Notes: a model not told the origin generated them from the letters alone. Counted from the stretch's first letter, positions 19,730 to 31,593 are shown. The stretch is DNA of 64,000 nucleotides from SAR86 cluster bacterium AG-313-D11 (GCA_003284215.1 QBVW01000004.1:43722-107721); one strand, 5' to 3'. Numbers and translations are program-made.

Positions 19730-20446
19730 TTGAATACTGCTGCAAATAGCATAAATTCCTTCAACCAAACTATCTCAAAGGTTTTTGGTCCAATTGCAGC
19801 GTTATATCTAAAAGCATTTAACTATAATAAATATCTGGCAGGCTCAGGGTTTGCAGCATTTATTACCCTCGGCTTATTCTTTCTTATGGTTGCTTTAATT
19901 AACCTGGGTGACAATTCTATTCCAACTGATAATTCAAGGAAACTTGGTGACGTTATCATGCCTGATAGAGACATTGACACAATGTTTGACGATGTTGAAA
20001 AACCAGAAGAGCCTGAAGAGCAACCTGAAGATATAGCTCAGCCCGAACTAGATCTTGCTCCCCTTACTGGCGTTGATGTTAGTCTGCCAAAACCAAAAGC
20101 TAATTTTGCAGGCAGTGGTTCATTTTTTAGAGATGGTGAGTACATACCATTATTTAAAGTTACGCCTATCTATCCAAGGAGAGCGCAAGAGCGAGGAATA
20201 ATGGGCTATGCAATTGTTGCATTTACAATTACTGAAACTGGAACAGTAGAAAACGCAGAGCCTCTAGAGGGTGCGTGTGGCGATCCAACAAATCCTGAAA
20301 CAGTTTTTCGTCCATGTTCTATATTTAATTCAGCTGCCTCGAGAGCTGCTGTAAAACTTAAGTATAAGCCTAAGATCGTTGATGGTAAGGCTGTAAGGGT
20401 TGATGATGTTCCACATAAATTTACATTTATCCTCGAGGAAGATTAA
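19730..20446 (+). CDS. tonB: Energy transducer TonB
   Basis: TM anchor, E/P-rich linker, PIYPRRAQERG, KYKPKIVDG. Confidence 0.88.
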   Translation: MNTAANSINSFNQTISKVFGPIAALYLKAFNYNKYLAGSGFAAFITLGLFFLMVALINLGDNSIPTDNSRKLGDVIMPDRDIDTMFDDVEKPEEPEEQPEDIAQPELDLAPLTGVDVSLPKPKANFAGSGSFFRDGEYIPLFKVTPIYPRRAQERGIMGYAIVAFTITETGTVENAEPLEGACGDPTNPETVFRPCSIFNSAASRAAVKLKYKPKIVDGKAVRVDDVPHKFTFILEED

Positions 20447-21924
20447 TGAAAAATTTCCTTAGACGCATACTCTCATTTACTATAATTTTAGCTTTTGCCC
20501 TTGGATCAATTGACTCATTTGCCCAAAATAACTCAAGCAACAAAGCAGAAAAAAAACAAACCTATAAAAAAGCAAGAGTCCTAACTTCAAAAACTGCAAA
20601 AAAAGTAGTGAAGGTTGTTGAAGCGCTTGAAAGACAAAAAACTGTCAGAGTGCCCGATCCTGATAACAAAGGTAAGTTCATTGAAAAAGAAGAAGATGAT
20701 CCTGATTGGGCTGAAGCTAGAAGAATTTTGACAGAACTTTTAAATCAGAGGGCTGAATTAAAAAGCTATGACCGATCCGTGATGTGGAATTATTGGGGAT
20801 ACATTTACTTTAGTGATGAAGATTATGATCAAGCTATGTATGCTTATGAACAACTGCTCAAAGAACCTGAAGCAACCATTCCCTTAAGAACATCCTCTCT
20901 ATTAACTCTTGCTCAATTAAATCTTGTGAAAGAGAACTGGGATAAGGGAATTCGACTTATTCTTCAATGGATGGATGAGGTTGAAAATATTACAGCCCAG
21001 TCATATTACCTGCTAGCATCAGCATACTTTCAAAAAGAAGACTATGTTCGCTCAAGATCCTCTATGGAAGAGGCCATACGACTTGCTGATGAAGAAGGCT
21101 ATCGTCCAAGAGAAAATTGGTATGTGCTTCTTGCAGCATGTTTCAATGAATTGAAAGATAGGAAAATTATAAGCGCTGCATATTCTTTAGAACAACAATT
21201 AGGAATATATGAAATTTTGGTTAATTACTACCCCAAGAAACTATATTTCTTACAATTGGGTGGAACATATCAGCAAATGGATAGAGAAGAGGATTATATG
21301 ATCACCTTAAAGGCTGCCTTTGACAAGGATCTGCTTGATAAAGAGGGTGAGTATCTTGCCTTAGCGCAACTGCTTTTAATCAGCAAAAACCCTTACTGGG
21401 CTGCTCAGGTCCTGGTAGCTGGGCAAAACAAAAAAGTGCTTGTCGATAACAAAGAAACCAAGAAAGAAGAATTAGTTCCTGTAGTCAAAGATACCGAAAA
21501 AAACCTAAAACTTTTAGCTGACTCATGGAGAATGGCTCAGGAAATCGATAAGGCTATTCCTGTTCTCGAACAAGCGGCTAAAATGTCAAAGGATGGAGAT
21601 ACTTACGTGCTCTTGGGCAATCTTTATTTGTTTGAAGATCGAATCAAAGACTCAATCAGAGCCATTGAAGCAGGATTAAAGAAACCTAAAGTTAAAAGTA
21701 GATCACAAGCTCAATTAGTATTAGGGCAGGCCCATTTTGAGTTAGAAAATTTTGATGAAGCAAAAAAACAATTCAGAGCAGCTGCCAGAGATAAAGATAA
21801 ACGTATTAAAAAGACAGCTAATTCTTGGATCAAGTATGCTGAAAATGAAGAAGTCAGAGTGAAAAATCTTGCTTTAAGAAGGGATTTTATTCAGCAATCT
21901 CAAGCGAAAGAAAAAAGTTCTTAG
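20446..21924 (+). CDS. TPR-repeat periplasmic protein of the TonB cluster
   Basis: Signal peptide, repeated TPR-like helices, last gene of the cluster. Confidence 0.8.
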   Translation: MKNFLRRILSFTIILAFALGSIDSFAQNNSSNKAEKKQTYKKARVLTSKTAKKVVKVVEALERQKTVRVPDPDNKGKFIEKEEDDPDWAEARRILTELLNQRAELKSYDRSVMWNYWGYIYFSDEDYDQAMYAYEQLLKEPEATIPLRTSSLLTLAQLNLVKENWDKGIRLILQWMDEVENITAQSYYLLASAYFQKEDYVRSRSSMEEAIRLADEEGYRPRENWYVLLAACFNELKDRKIISAAYSLEQQLGIYEILVNYYPKKLYFLQLGGTYQQMDREEDYMITLKAAFDKDLLDKEGEYLALAQLLLISKNPYWAAQVLVAGQNKKVLVDNKETKKEELVPVVKDTEKNLKLLADSWRMAQEIDKAIPVLEQAAKMSKDGDTYVLLGNLYLFEDRIKDSIRAIEAGLKKPKVKSRSQAQLVLGQAHFELENFDEAKKQFRAAARDKDKRIKKTANSWIKYAENEEVRVKNLALRRDFIQQSQAKEKSS

Positions 21925-22424
21925 TTTTTTAAATAAGTTTCAATAGAAAAATCATACTCATTATCATCATCTTGCTTAAAAGATTCTTGCGAGACTTTTT
22001 TCCAATTGCCTAAATCTATTTGAGGATAAAAAATATCTCCCTCAATCTCACAATCAACTCTGGTCAAAACAAGTTTATTTACCATATTTTTGCTCTCCTC
22101 AAAGACATAGCCGCCTCCAATCAATACAATTTCTTCAGTTCCTTTAGTGTCTCTGCTCAACTTTTTTGCCAATTCAATTCCTTGCTGAAGAGAGCGAACT
22201 ACTTCTAATCCTTCCTGAGCATTCAATTTAGTTGAGATAACTATATTCTTCCTATTTGGCAGTGGCCTCCCAATTGATTCAAATGTCTTTCTTCCCATGA
22301 CAATAGCTTTATTTTGTGTGTATGCGCTGAAATGCTGAAGGTCTCTTTTCAATTTCCAAGGCAGATCATTATTCACACCTATAACAAAGTTATTGGAGAG
22401 AGCAACTAAATGCGAAATAATCAT
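21921..22424 (-). CDS. folA: Dihydrofolate reductase
   Basis: IGVNNDLPW, MGRKTFESIGRPLPNR, IGG. Confidence 0.95.
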   Translation of the reverse strand: MIISHLVALSNNFVIGVNNDLPWKLKRDLQHFSAYTQNKAIVMGRKTFESIGRPLPNRKNIVISTKLNAQEGLEVVRSLQQGIELAKKLSRDTKGTEEIVLIGGGYVFEESKNMVNKLVLTRVDCEIEGDIFYPQIDLGNWKKVSQESFKQDDDNEYDFSIETYLKN

Positions 22425-22428
22425 TTAT

Positions 22429-23295
22429 CTATATTGCCATTTGAGCTTTCAGAGCTGGATGAGATTCATATCCTTCTAAAACAAAATCATCAACAGAATA
22501 GTCATGAAGTGCTTCAATTGAATCAAGATTGGGCATAATTAATTTTGGAAGTTTTTTAGGCTCTCTACTGAGTTGCTCTTGAACCTGCTCAATGCTGTTG
22601 TTATATATGTGAGCATCTCCAAATGTATGCACAAACTCACCAGGTGTTAGGTTTAAGATATTAGCTAAAATAGACTGGAGTAACGCATAGCTTGCAATAT
22701 TAAATGGAACACCTAAGAACATATCTGCACTTCTTTGATACATTTGACAGGAAAGTCGGTCATTTTTTGAAACATAGAATTGAGACATGACATGGCAAGG
22801 GGGCAGGGCCATAGAATCAAGTTTTTCAACATTCCATGCGCTTAATATATGCCTTCGCCCATTAGGGTTAGCTTCTAGGTCATTGATCAGCTTCTTAATC
22901 TGGTCAACTCCTCCCCAGTTTCTCCATTGAACGCCATAAACTGGGCCCAGTTTTTTTGTAGTTTCATTATTCTCATATCCAAGTTCAATACCTTGGTTAT
23001 CAGCATTGTCTGTCCAAATGGTAGAAAATTTACTTAAATCTGTTAGCTCAGATCTATCTTTTTGAAATCTAATCTCTGCAAGCCTTCGTTCATCATCAGA
23101 GCCTTCTAAAAACCATAATAGCTCCGATACAACTCCCTTCCATGCAAGTGATTTAGTTGTAACTGCAGGAAAGCCATCTTCAAGATTAAAACGAATCTGA
23201 TGACCAAAAGACGAAATAACGCCTGTCCCAGTTCTATCTCCACGATCATCACCGTGTTGTAAAATATATTCTAAAAGCTCAAGATACTGCTTCAT
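22429..23295 (-). CDS. thyA: Thymidylate synthase (T4 td-like sequence features)
   Basis: DRTGTG, MALPPCH, YQRSAD, PFNIASY, DAHIY. Confidence 0.96.
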   Translation of the reverse strand: MKQYLELLEYILQHGDDRGDRTGTGVISSFGHQIRFNLEDGFPAVTTKSLAWKGVVSELLWFLEGSDDERRLAEIRFQKDRSELTDLSKFSTIWTDNADNQGIELGYENNETTKKLGPVYGVQWRNWGGVDQIKKLINDLEANPNGRRHILSAWNVEKLDSMALPPCHVMSQFYVSKNDRLSCQMYQRSADMFLGVPFNIASYALLQSILANILNLTPGEFVHTFGDAHIYNNSIEQVQEQLSREPKKLPKLIMPNLDSIEALHDYSVDDFVLEGYESHPALKAQMAI

Positions 23296-24085
23296 CTTTT
23301 CTCAATGATATTATTATTAATATGAGCCCAATTATAACCATAGGGATGCTAAGAAGTTGGCCCATGCTTAATTGTAAAGCAACAAAACCCATGTGAGAAT
23401 CAGGCTGCCTAAAGTATTCAATTAGAAATCTAATTAATCCATAAGCTAATAAGAAGCTTCCACTGACAACCCCATGCTTATTATTTTTAGCGCTAATAAA
23501 AATTAATAAAATAAAGAGGAATAAGCCTTCAAAAACTGCTTCATAAAGTTGAGAGGGGTGTCTTGTAAAGCCATATGGATCTGTTGGAAAAATAAAACCC
23601 CAGGTCCCATCAGTTGGTCTGCCGTAGAGCTCTCCATTTAAAAAGTTTCCAATTCTTACCAGCCCGAGTCCAATGGGCATTGCCATACAAATAGAATCAG
23701 CAAGCCTGAGAAAAGAAATTCTATACTGAAAAGAGTAGACATATAAACTGACAATTACCCCAATCAAACCACCATGAAAGCTTAGGCCACCCTCCCATAT
23801 AAAGAATAAGCTAAGTGGATTAGATGCTAATTGATCCAATCCATAGAAAAACATGTATCCAAGCCTGCCACCGAGCATGGCACCAAATATTAACCCATAT
23901 AAAAATACGATGTCGTTTACCTGATCAGCAGTTAATTGCAGCTCGCTAATAATGCGATGGCTCTTAAGATACTGAAAAATGAAGACTGCTGACAGCACCC
24001 ATGTCACAGCATAATATTGAATTCGAAGCCAACCAATTTCAATTAAGCTAGGGTTATTAAAAAAATCTGAGAGCTCAATAATCAA
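23279..24085 (-). CDS. lgt: Prolipoprotein diacylglyceryl transferase
   Basis: LGGRLGY, GGLSFHGG, RIGNFLNGELYGR, HPSQLYE. Confidence 0.95.
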   Translation of the reverse strand: MIIELSDFFNNPSLIEIGWLRIQYYAVTWVLSAVFIFQYLKSHRIISELQLTADQVNDIVFLYGLIFGAMLGGRLGYMFFYGLDQLASNPLSLFFIWEGGLSFHGGLIGVIVSLYVYSFQYRISFLRLADSICMAMPIGLGLVRIGNFLNGELYGRPTDGTWGFIFPTDPYGFTRHPSQLYEAVFEGLFLFILLIFISAKNNKHGVVSGSFLLAYGLIRFLIEYFRQPDSHMGFVALQLSMGQLLSIPMVIIGLILIIISLRKDEAVS

Positions 24086-24888
24086 TTTACTACCACTAAA
24101 ATTCCTACCATGATCAAAAATACTCCAAAGGAGACTTTTAGCGCCTTCTCAGAAATAGAGTGACTAATGTTAGCTCCAAGCTTAGCTGTAAAAATACTAG
24201 CCAATGAAATAGATATAACAGCTGGCCAAAAAACATACCCAACAGCCCCCATGGGGAGATTTGCATCAGTTGTTTGTCCATAATACGTATATCCAATTGC
24301 TCCTGCAGCGGCAATCGGAACCCCACAGGCTGCTGCAGTCCCAATTCCTTTTCGAATATTGTAGCCTCCAGCAATTATTAATGGGGTTGTAAATGAGCCG
24401 CCTCCGATGCCAATGATTGAAGATAAAAATCCTATCCAAGATCCATGTATCGGAACAATTGATTTAGATAAAGAGATCCTGCCTTTGTCTTTCTTTGCAA
24501 GAGCTTGTGTAAAACCTGAAATCATTTCTGTGCCAATGACAATTAAGAAAATAGTAATAATCCATTTTAAATTATTATTTGAAAGAGTTACTGCGTATCC
24601 AGCTCCAACCACAGCACCCAAAATCATGCCCACGGAGAGAGGCGCTACTAATGACCACTCCACACTGTTTTTATTATGATGAGAGAGAGCAGAAGATAGA
24701 GCAGAAAAAAATATACTCGCCAGCGATGTGCCTATAGCCATGAGTACAATAATGGAGCTATCAAAACCCATGCCATAAAAAATAAAAATAAGGGATGGGA
24801 CTAATAGGCTACCTCCACCAATTCCAAACATACCTGCAAGCAAACCCGTGCATGCACCAAGTAAAAGATAGATCAAAATTTCAATCAT
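24082..24888 (-). CDS. Sulfite exporter TauE/SafE family membrane protein
   Basis: Two GIGGG motifs, AIGTSLA; start moved to ATG 24888. Confidence 0.85.
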   Translation of the reverse strand: MIEILIYLLLGACTGLLAGMFGIGGGSLLVPSLIFIFYGMGFDSSIIVLMAIGTSLASIFFSALSSALSHHNKNSVEWSLVAPLSVGMILGAVVGAGYAVTLSNNNLKWIITIFLIVIGTEMISGFTQALAKKDKGRISLSKSIVPIHGSWIGFLSSIIGIGGGSFTTPLIIAGGYNIRKGIGTAAACGVPIAAAGAIGYTYYGQTTDANLPMGAVGYVFWPAVISISLASIFTAKLGANISHSISEKALKVSFGVFLIMVGILVVVN

Positions 24889-25363
24889 TGTGCAGCTGGA
24901 TATATTTTGGCAGGAATTCAGCCAAGACATTTCTGTAAACCTCTCTTTTAAATGGCACAACACTGGCTAAAGCATGCCAATAGGTAGACCATTTATACTC
25001 AACGAATTCTTGAGGTATTTCATTCAGGAGGTTTATTTCTAGCTCAACATTAGCTTTAAACATGTACCACTTTTGAATTTGGCCTTTGAAATTTTTTAAA
25101 CTCTTAGGCCAGGGTTGATATTGCTCGGGCAAGTCATAGTGATACCAATGGCTGCTTTTTTGAATAATCTTGACTTGGTTTTTTTTGATGCCCACTTCTT
25201 CAAATAGTTCTCTGTATGCAGCTTGGATATGAGATTCACCATCATCAATTCCACCTTGGGGGAATTGCCAGGTTTTTTTCCCTTTTCTTCTGCAGACAAG
25301 AAGCTGATTCTTTTGATCTAAGACAATTAAGCCAACATTTTTTCTGTAAGATTTATCATTCAT
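24881..25363 (-). CDS. rppH: RNA pyrophosphohydrolase RppH
   Basis: YRKNVG, WQFPQGG, RELFEEVG Nudix box, GQIQKW. Confidence 0.92.
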   Translation of the reverse strand: MNDKSYRKNVGLIVLDQKNQLLVCRRKGKKTWQFPQGGIDDGESHIQAAYRELFEEVGIKKNQVKIIQKSSHWYHYDLPEQYQPWPKSLKNFKGQIQKWYMFKANVELEINLLNEIPQEFVEYKWSTYWHALASVVPFKREVYRNVLAEFLPKYIQLHND

Positions 25364-25379
25364 GTTAGATTAACTCCTT

Positions 25380-26048
25380 ATGAGCAAGCCTGAATTAGCA
25401 ATTTTCGATTTAGATAATACCATTCTAAACGGTGATTCAGATTATTCGATGATTAATTACTTGGTAGATATAAATCTGCTTGATGAAGTGGCTAAGTTAA
25501 AAAATGATGAATTCATCAAAGATTATCAACAGGGCCAATTAGATTTTAATCAATACACGAATTTTGCCTTAAAGCCCTATGTTGGCATGACACAGGAAGA
25601 AATCAGTAAAATAATACTGCCTTTTGTAGAGACAATCATTGAGCCCATGATTAATATTTTTGCTCTTAAATTGATTCATGATCATTATGATAAAGGTCAT
25701 ACAATATTACTTGCGAGTGCAACCAATGAGTTAATTGTGAAGCCAATAGCTCAAAGACTCGACATTAATAATGTTATTGGCACTAAGGTCGAATTTAAAG
25801 ATAAGAAATGCACAGGGGAGTTTATCCCGCCATCAGCACTGGGTGTGGGGAAATTAAAATTAGTAGAAATCTGGATGCAAGCTCATCAATACGATGATTT
25901 TTCTGGAGTGACATTTTATTCAGACTCTATCAATGACTTACCTTTAATGGAATCTGTTGAATTTCCAAAGGCTGTAAACCCAGATATAAAGCTTGAGACA
26001 ATCTCTAATGAGAGGGGCTGGGAAGTAATCTATTTGCCGATAATTTAG
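25380..26048 (+). CDS. HAD-IB hydrolase (SerB-like / histidinol-phosphatase-like)
   Basis: [26 protein letters not shown]. Confidence 0.82.
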   Translation: MSKPELAIFDLDNTILNGDSDYSMINYLVDINLLDEVAKLKNDEFIKDYQQGQLDFNQYTNFALKPYVGMTQEEISKIILPFVETIIEPMINIFALKLIHDHYDKGHTILLASATNELIVKPIAQRLDINNVIGTKVEFKDKKCTGEFIPPSALGVGKLKLVEIWMQAHQYDDFSGVTFYSDSINDLPLMESVEFPKAVNPDIKLETISNERGWEVIYLPII

Positions 26049-28894
26049 CTTTCTTCTTGGTAATCTGACATGGAAGGACAAGAGCACATCAAATTCTTGT
26101 CTCCATAGACATTATCGACTCTTCCTATCGGAGGCCAATATTTATTTCTACCCCTTAGATCAACAGGATAGGCGGCTACAGAACGAGAATATTTTTGTTG
26201 CCAGTTATCACTGGTTACTTTTTCAGCACAATGGGGAGCATTTCTTAAAGGGCTTTCTTCAATAGAGTATGTACCGCCTTCAACTTGTGTGATTTCATGA
26301 CGAATATAAATCATAGCTTCAATAAATCTATCCAGTTCGGCCAACGATTCACTTTCAGTTGGCTCAATCATTAAAGTCCCAGGCACAGGAAAAGACATAG
26401 TTGGAGCATGAAATCCAAAATCTATTAATCTCTTTGCAATATCATCAACCTCAACCCCGCATAACTCTTTTAATGGCCTGATATCAACAATACATTCATG
26501 CGCAATCAAATTATTTTTGCCTGTATATAAAATTTTGAAGTGAGGGCTCAATTTTTGTGCAATATAATTTGCACTCAGAATTGCTACCTGTGTTGCCTTT
26601 CTTAGGCCTGATGCTCCCATCATTTGAATGTACATCCAGCTGATTGGAAGAATAGAAGCACTTCCGAAATTAGTTGCCGAGACTGGCCCAACATTCTTTA
26701 ATGAGGGTTCATATGTCAAAGGATCAGATGGTAAATGAGGCACTAAATCTTTTACAACCCCAATTGGTCCAACACCCGGTCCACCGCCACCATGAGGAAT
26801 GCAGAATGTCTTATGCAGATTAAGATGGGACACATCGCCCCCAAACTCACCCGGTTTGCATAAACCAACCATAGCATTCAAGTTGGCGCCATCAATATAA
26901 ACCTTCCCGCCGTGATCATGAACGATCTTGCATACTTCGGTTACGGTTGTCTCAAAGACTCCATGTGTTGAAGGGTAGGTAATCATAATGGCAGCTAACT
27001 CATCTGAATGCTTAGAAGCTTTTTCACCCAGATCCTCTAAATCAATATTCCCTTTTTTATCACAGCTTATTGGCACAACCTTCATGCCAGCCATTTGCGC
27101 AGACGCAGGATTTGTTCCGTGGGCTGATTCAGGAATTAAACATATCTTTCTTTGCTGCTCGCCATTACTTCGATGAAATGCATCGATTGCCAATAAACCA
27201 GCATATTCCCCTTGAGAACCAGCATTTGGTTGTAAAGATACAGCTGAATAACCCGTTATCTCGGTTAGCTTAGTCTCAAGATCATTTATTAAGGTTTTAT
27301 AACCAGCCGTTTGATCATGAGGCGCATAAGGATGAATGTTTGAGAATTCTTCCCAACCAACAGGGATCATTTCAGATGTGGCATTTAATTTCATAGTGCA
27401 TGAGCCCAACGGAATCATTGCTCGATCCAGAGCAATGTCTTTATCACCAAGTTTTCTTATGTACCTCAACATTTCTGTTTCAGTTCGATACAGATGAAAG
27501 ACTGGGTGAGTTAGATATTCAGATGATCTTACGATATTGATTGGCAGCTCGAAGTTTAAAACAGCCTTTTCTTTTTTCGACAAGTCTTTGAAAATTTTTG
27601 TTATTTTTTTGATCTCTTGGCTTGTTGTTGTTTCATCCAATGAGATGCTTATATGATTTGCATCAAGTACCCTAAGATTCATCAGTTGATCTTGAGCAGT
27701 TGAAAAAATTTCCTGTGTAAGAGATTCAGTAAAGATAGTTACAGTATCAAAAAAACTAGAAGACTTGAGATCATACCCAAGGTCATTAATTCCTTTTGCC
27801 AAGGCAACTGCTTTTGAGCGAACAGACTGAGCGATCTGTTTCAATCCACTCGGGCCATGATATGCAGCATAAAAACTTGCCATGATTGCTAAGAGTGCCT
27901 GGGCAGTACATATATTGCTTGTGGCTTTCTCTCTTCTTATGTGCTGTTCTCTTGTTTGCAAAGCTAATCTGTATGCTGTTCTGCCGTCCTCATCAATCGA
28001 TGCTCCAACTAATCTTCCAGGCAGGGATCTTTTATATTTTTCTTTGGTGGCCATAAATGCTGCATGTGGCCCACCAAAGCCGAGAGGCACCCCAAACCTT
28101 TGCGAGCTTCCTATTGCTATATCAGCACCCATCTCACCAGGGCTTTTTAATAGCGTTAGAGCCAACAAGTCGGTTGCCATGATCACCAGACCATTTTGTT
28201 CATGCATACTTACAATTTCTTGAGAGAAATCAATGACCGCACCATCGTTGCCAGGATATTGGAGCAAAGCTCCAAAATATGTATCTTCTTTTAAATCATT
28301 TAACTGTTGTGGGTCACCTATCATTACCTCAATACCTATCGGTTTAGCTCTTGCTGTCACCACAGAGATTGTTTGGGGAAAACAGTTTTGATCTACAAAA
28401 AATCTTTGGGATTTAGATTTACCAACTCTGTGAGCTAAAGTCATTGATTCTGCTGCTGCGGTGGCCTCATCAAGTAGGGACGCATTAGCTATTTCAAATC
28501 CCGTGAGATCTCCAACCATGGTTTGAAAATTGATAAGTGCTTCCAACCTGCCTTGAGAGATTTCTGCCTGATAGGGGGTATAGGAGGTATACCATCCAGG
28601 GTTTTCAAAAACATTTCTTAAAATAACTTTTGGTGTAACTGTTCCATAGTAGCCTTGACCAATAAATGATCGATACACAGTATTTTCTTTTGATATTTCT
28701 TTTAGAGCTTTTAGCGCTTCTTCTTCAGACATGGCATCACCAAGATCAAGCTTTTCTTCAGTAAAGATATTTTTAGGTAGCACAGACTTTGAGAACTCTT
28801 CTAAGTCCTTATATCCAAGCTGATCTAGCAGAAGGTCAATATCCATCTGGCTTAAACCAATATGTCTTAGTGCAAAGCTATCAAAATTTTCCAT
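26045..28894 (-). CDS. gcvP: Glycine dehydrogenase (P protein)
   Basis: [31 protein letters not shown]. Confidence 0.97.
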   Translation of the reverse strand: MENFDSFALRHIGLSQMDIDLLLDQLGYKDLEEFSKSVLPKNIFTEEKLDLGDAMSEEEALKALKEISKENTVYRSFIGQGYYGTVTPKVILRNVFENPGWYTSYTPYQAEISQGRLEALINFQTMVGDLTGFEIANASLLDEATAAAESMTLAHRVGKSKSQRFFVDQNCFPQTISVVTARAKPIGIEVMIGDPQQLNDLKEDTYFGALLQYPGNDGAVIDFSQEIVSMHEQNGLVIMATDLLALTLLKSPGEMGADIAIGSSQRFGVPLGFGGPHAAFMATKEKYKRSLPGRLVGASIDEDGRTAYRLALQTREQHIRREKATSNICTAQALLAIMASFYAAYHGPSGLKQIAQSVRSKAVALAKGINDLGYDLKSSSFFDTVTIFTESLTQEIFSTAQDQLMNLRVLDANHISISLDETTTSQEIKKITKIFKDLSKKEKAVLNFELPINIVRSSEYLTHPVFHLYRTETEMLRYIRKLGDKDIALDRAMIPLGSCTMKLNATSEMIPVGWEEFSNIHPYAPHDQTAGYKTLINDLETKLTEITGYSAVSLQPNAGSQGEYAGLLAIDAFHRSNGEQQRKICLIPESAHGTNPASAQMAGMKVVPISCDKKGNIDLEDLGEKASKHSDELAAIMITYPSTHGVFETTVTEVCKIVHDHGGKVYIDGANLNAMVGLCKPGEFGGDVSHLNLHKTFCIPHGGGGPGVGPIGVVKDLVPHLPSDPLTYEPSLKNVGPVSATNFGSASILPISWMYIQMMGASGLRKATQVAILSANYIAQKLSPHFKILYTGKNNLIAHECIVDIRPLKELCGVEVDDIAKRLIDFGFHAPTMSFPVPGTLMIEPTESESLAELDRFIEAMIYIRHEITQVEGGTYSIEESPLRNAPHCAEKVTSDNWQQKYSRSVAAYPVDLRGRNKYWPPIGRVDNVYGDKNLMCSCPSMSDYQEES

Positions 28895-28953
28895 TATTAA
28901 TTTTTATTTCAAAGAGTGTGTATTTCCACTCATCAAGCTGTCTTAGTCTAGAG

Positions 28954-29340
28954 TTAGTCTTCGCAGACTGCACTGTAATCTTCAGGAGATAGCAAATTAT
29001 CTAACTCGCCCATATCAGAGGGAGTAAGTTTAAAGAACCATCCATCTTCGTACGGAGAAGAGTTTATTATTTCTGGTTGATCTTCTAATAGGGAGTTTAC
29101 TTCTATGACTTCACCTGAAAGAGGAGAGTAAATATCTGAAGCAGCCTTTACAGATTCAACTATGGCAGTATCATTTTCAGCATCCACGGATTGCCCAACT
29201 TCAGGCAACTCAACAAAGACAATATCACCCAAAAGGTCTTGCGCATGATCACTGATACCAATGGTAATGGTGCCGTCTGATTCTACTCTCGCCCATTCAT
29301 GGGATGAAAGGAATTTTAAATCGCCGGGTACATCACTCAT
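28954..29340 (-). CDS. gcvH: Glycine cleavage H protein
   Basis: SHEW, ESVKAAS lipoyl-Lys motif. Confidence 0.97.
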   Translation of the reverse strand: MSDVPGDLKFLSSHEWARVESDGTITIGISDHAQDLLGDIVFVELPEVGQSVDAENDTAIVESVKAASDIYSPLSGEVIEVNSLLEDQPEIINSSPYEDGWFFKLTPSDMGELDNLLSPEDYSAVCED

Positions 29341-29342
29341 AT

Positions 29343-30404
29343 TTAGATTTTACCTTTTCTTAGGAATCTAGGCGATACAAAATCAATATTTAATACCTTA
29401 TTTCTTATCATAACCTTCCCATTTTCTTGAAAACCCTGATCCACTCTTGCGAGACCAATGCTAGATTGTAGAGTGGGAGAATATGAGCCACTTAACACCA
29501 TACCTTTTCCTTGTTCATGAGTGATCTCATAACCAGATCTTAGAACTCCCTTATCTTGAAGAATAATGCCAACTATTTTTTGTGATTTACTTTGATCAAT
29601 TGATAGGAGAGCATCTTTTCCAATGAATTTACGATTCTGATTGCTCATATCAATCGTCCAGCCCAAATTTGATTCATATGGGTGGTTATTGATTGTCATA
29701 TCATTACCATATAAATTTAAACCTGCCTCCAGTCGAAGGGTATCACGAGCTCCCAAACCAATAGGTGCGCATCCCAGCTCTAATGCTTGGTTCCACAAGT
29801 GATCAATATCTTGAGTTGGAACAATTAATTCCAGGCCGTCTTCGCCAGTGTAACCAGTTCTTGCATACAATTTATCGCCCTCAAACATGCACTCAAATGA
29901 TTGCAGGCTATTTACTTGAGCATCAATCTCTTTAATTTCCAAAATTTTTTTGAGCGCATTAGGGCCTTGAATAGCTAGTACGCCCATATCAGATCTTTCA
30001 ATGACCTTTACCCCAAATTCAACAGCATGTTTTTCGAACCATTGCCTATTTTGCTCTCGGGTTGAACAATTGGAAACCAGTCTAAACTTATTGTTTGCAT
30101 GATAGATGATGAGGTCATCTAAAATACCACCTTCTTCATTAAGCAGAGCACCATAAATTGCCTTGTCATCCTTGTAGATTTTTTTAATGTCATTCGCAAA
30201 AATTTTTTCAAAGAAGGCAATTTGATCGCCATCATCAAAATCAAACACTGACATGTGCGATACATCAAAAATGCCTGCTGCATTTCTCACAGCATTATGC
30301 TCTTCGATCAGAGATGAATAACTAATTGGCATTTCCCAATTAGAAAAGTTCACCATTTTAGCGCCCAGTTGAATATGAGCATTATGAAGCGATGTTTTAT
30401 TCAT
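29343..30404 (-). CDS. gcvT: Glycine cleavage T protein
   Basis: [26 protein letters not shown]. Confidence 0.96.
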   Translation of the reverse strand: MNKTSLHNAHIQLGAKMVNFSNWEMPISYSSLIEEHNAVRNAAGIFDVSHMSVFDFDDGDQIAFFEKIFANDIKKIYKDDKAIYGALLNEEGGILDDLIIYHANNKFRLVSNCSTREQNRQWFEKHAVEFGVKVIERSDMGVLAIQGPNALKKILEIKEIDAQVNSLQSFECMFEGDKLYARTGYTGEDGLELIVPTQDIDHLWNQALELGCAPIGLGARDTLRLEAGLNLYGNDMTINNHPYESNLGWTIDMSNQNRKFIGKDALLSIDQSKSQKIVGIILQDKGVLRSGYEITHEQGKGMVLSGSYSPTLQSSIGLARVDQGFQENGKVMIRNKVLNIDFVSPRFLRKGKI

Positions 30405-30488
30405 TGATATTTTTACTCATAGGAATGCATACTAACATCTTAATTCAGCCGGTTAATTTGAAAAGGGCTTTTCTTTGTATATAATCCA

Positions 30489-30507
30489 AACGAGAATCAT
30501 TCTCAAT
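30489..30507 (+). promoter_or_regulatory. Fur box upstream of the iron ABC operon
   Basis: AACGAGAATCATTCTCAAT with a perfect GAGAAT-C-ATTCTC palindrome, 20 bp before the ATG. Confidence 0.8.
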
Positions 30508-30527
30508 TAACAATTACGAGGTTATCT

Positions 30528-31547
30528 ATGTTTAAGTCTTTGTTTTCGATCATTTTTATGCTGGTTAGTTCTTTATCATTTGCTAATGAGGTCAATATAT
30601 ATACTTCTAGGCATTATGATTCTGATGATCAGCTATATGACGATTTTCGTAATGAAACAGGAATTAAAATTAATGTTATATCCGGTAATGGGAATGCTTT
30701 GCTCGAAAGACTAAAATCTGAAGGAAAAAACTCACCAGCTGACATTTTCTTTACAGTTGATGCTGGTAATTTATGGAAAATTCAAAAAGAAGGATATTTT
30801 CAAAGCATTTCATCTTCAAAAGCTCTTTCAATCGTTCCAATGAACTTAAGAGGCCCAAACAATGAATGGATCGCAATTGCCAAAAGAGCAAGAGTGATTT
30901 TTTATAATCCTAAAACTGTTTCGGATGAAGAGCTCACAGATCTTAGCTATGAGAACTTATCAAGCGATGAGTGGAATGGAAGAGTTGTAATAAGAAGTTC
31001 AAGTAACATTTATAACCAATCACTAGTTGCATCATTGATATCAACTCACGGCATTGAAAAAACAGAAAAATGGGCCAAAGGTCTTGTTTCTAATTTAGCA
31101 AGAAAACCTCAAGGGAATGATAGATCGCAGATTATGGCGGTTGCTAATGGGTTGGCTGACCTTGCAATCGCAAATAGCTATTATTACGGGTACATGTTGT
31201 CTGGAAAAGCAGGAAATGAGCAAGTTAAAGCGGCCAAAAAAGTAAAAATGCTTTTTCCTAATCAAAGCAATAGAGGAGTCCACATAAATATCAGTGGGCT
31301 GGGAGTTCTTAAGAATGCCAAAAACATTGACAATGCAAACAGGTTTATTGAGTTTTTGCTTTCAAGAGAAATGCAATCAAGCATGGTAAATAATTCATTT
31401 GAATACCCCGTTCTAACTGATGTATCGCCTCATCCAGATATAGCCAGTTCAGGCTTAGGTTTTCTTGAGGACAAAATGCAGGTCTCAGAATATGGAAAGT
31501 TTAATTCAGAAGCTATAAAACTTATGGACAGGGCTGGCTGGAAATAA
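30528..31547 (+). CDS. Fe(III) ABC transporter substrate-binding protein (FutA/FbpA type)
   Basis: EVNIYTSRHY, SPADIFFTVDAG, YNQSLV, ANSYYY. Confidence 0.92.
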   Translation: MFKSLFSIIFMLVSSLSFANEVNIYTSRHYDSDDQLYDDFRNETGIKINVISGNGNALLERLKSEGKNSPADIFFTVDAGNLWKIQKEGYFQSISSSKALSIVPMNLRGPNNEWIAIAKRARVIFYNPKTVSDEELTDLSYENLSSDEWNGRVVIRSSSNIYNQSLVASLISTHGIEKTEKWAKGLVSNLARKPQGNDRSQIMAVANGLADLAIANSYYYGYMLSGKAGNEQVKAAKKVKMLFPNQSNRGVHINISGLGVLKNAKNIDNANRFIEFLLSREMQSSMVNNSFEYPVLTDVSPHPDIASSGLGFLEDKMQVSEYGKFNSEAIKLMDRAGWK

Positions 31548-31593
31548 CAATACTGTGATAACCTCATTTATTAATTAAACTCAGTTTTATAAA

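Noticed and set aside
30405-30527. Glycine riboswitch upstream of gcvT
   Set aside because: Short AT-rich gap with no recognisable aptamer motifs; it holds the Fur box of the divergent operon.
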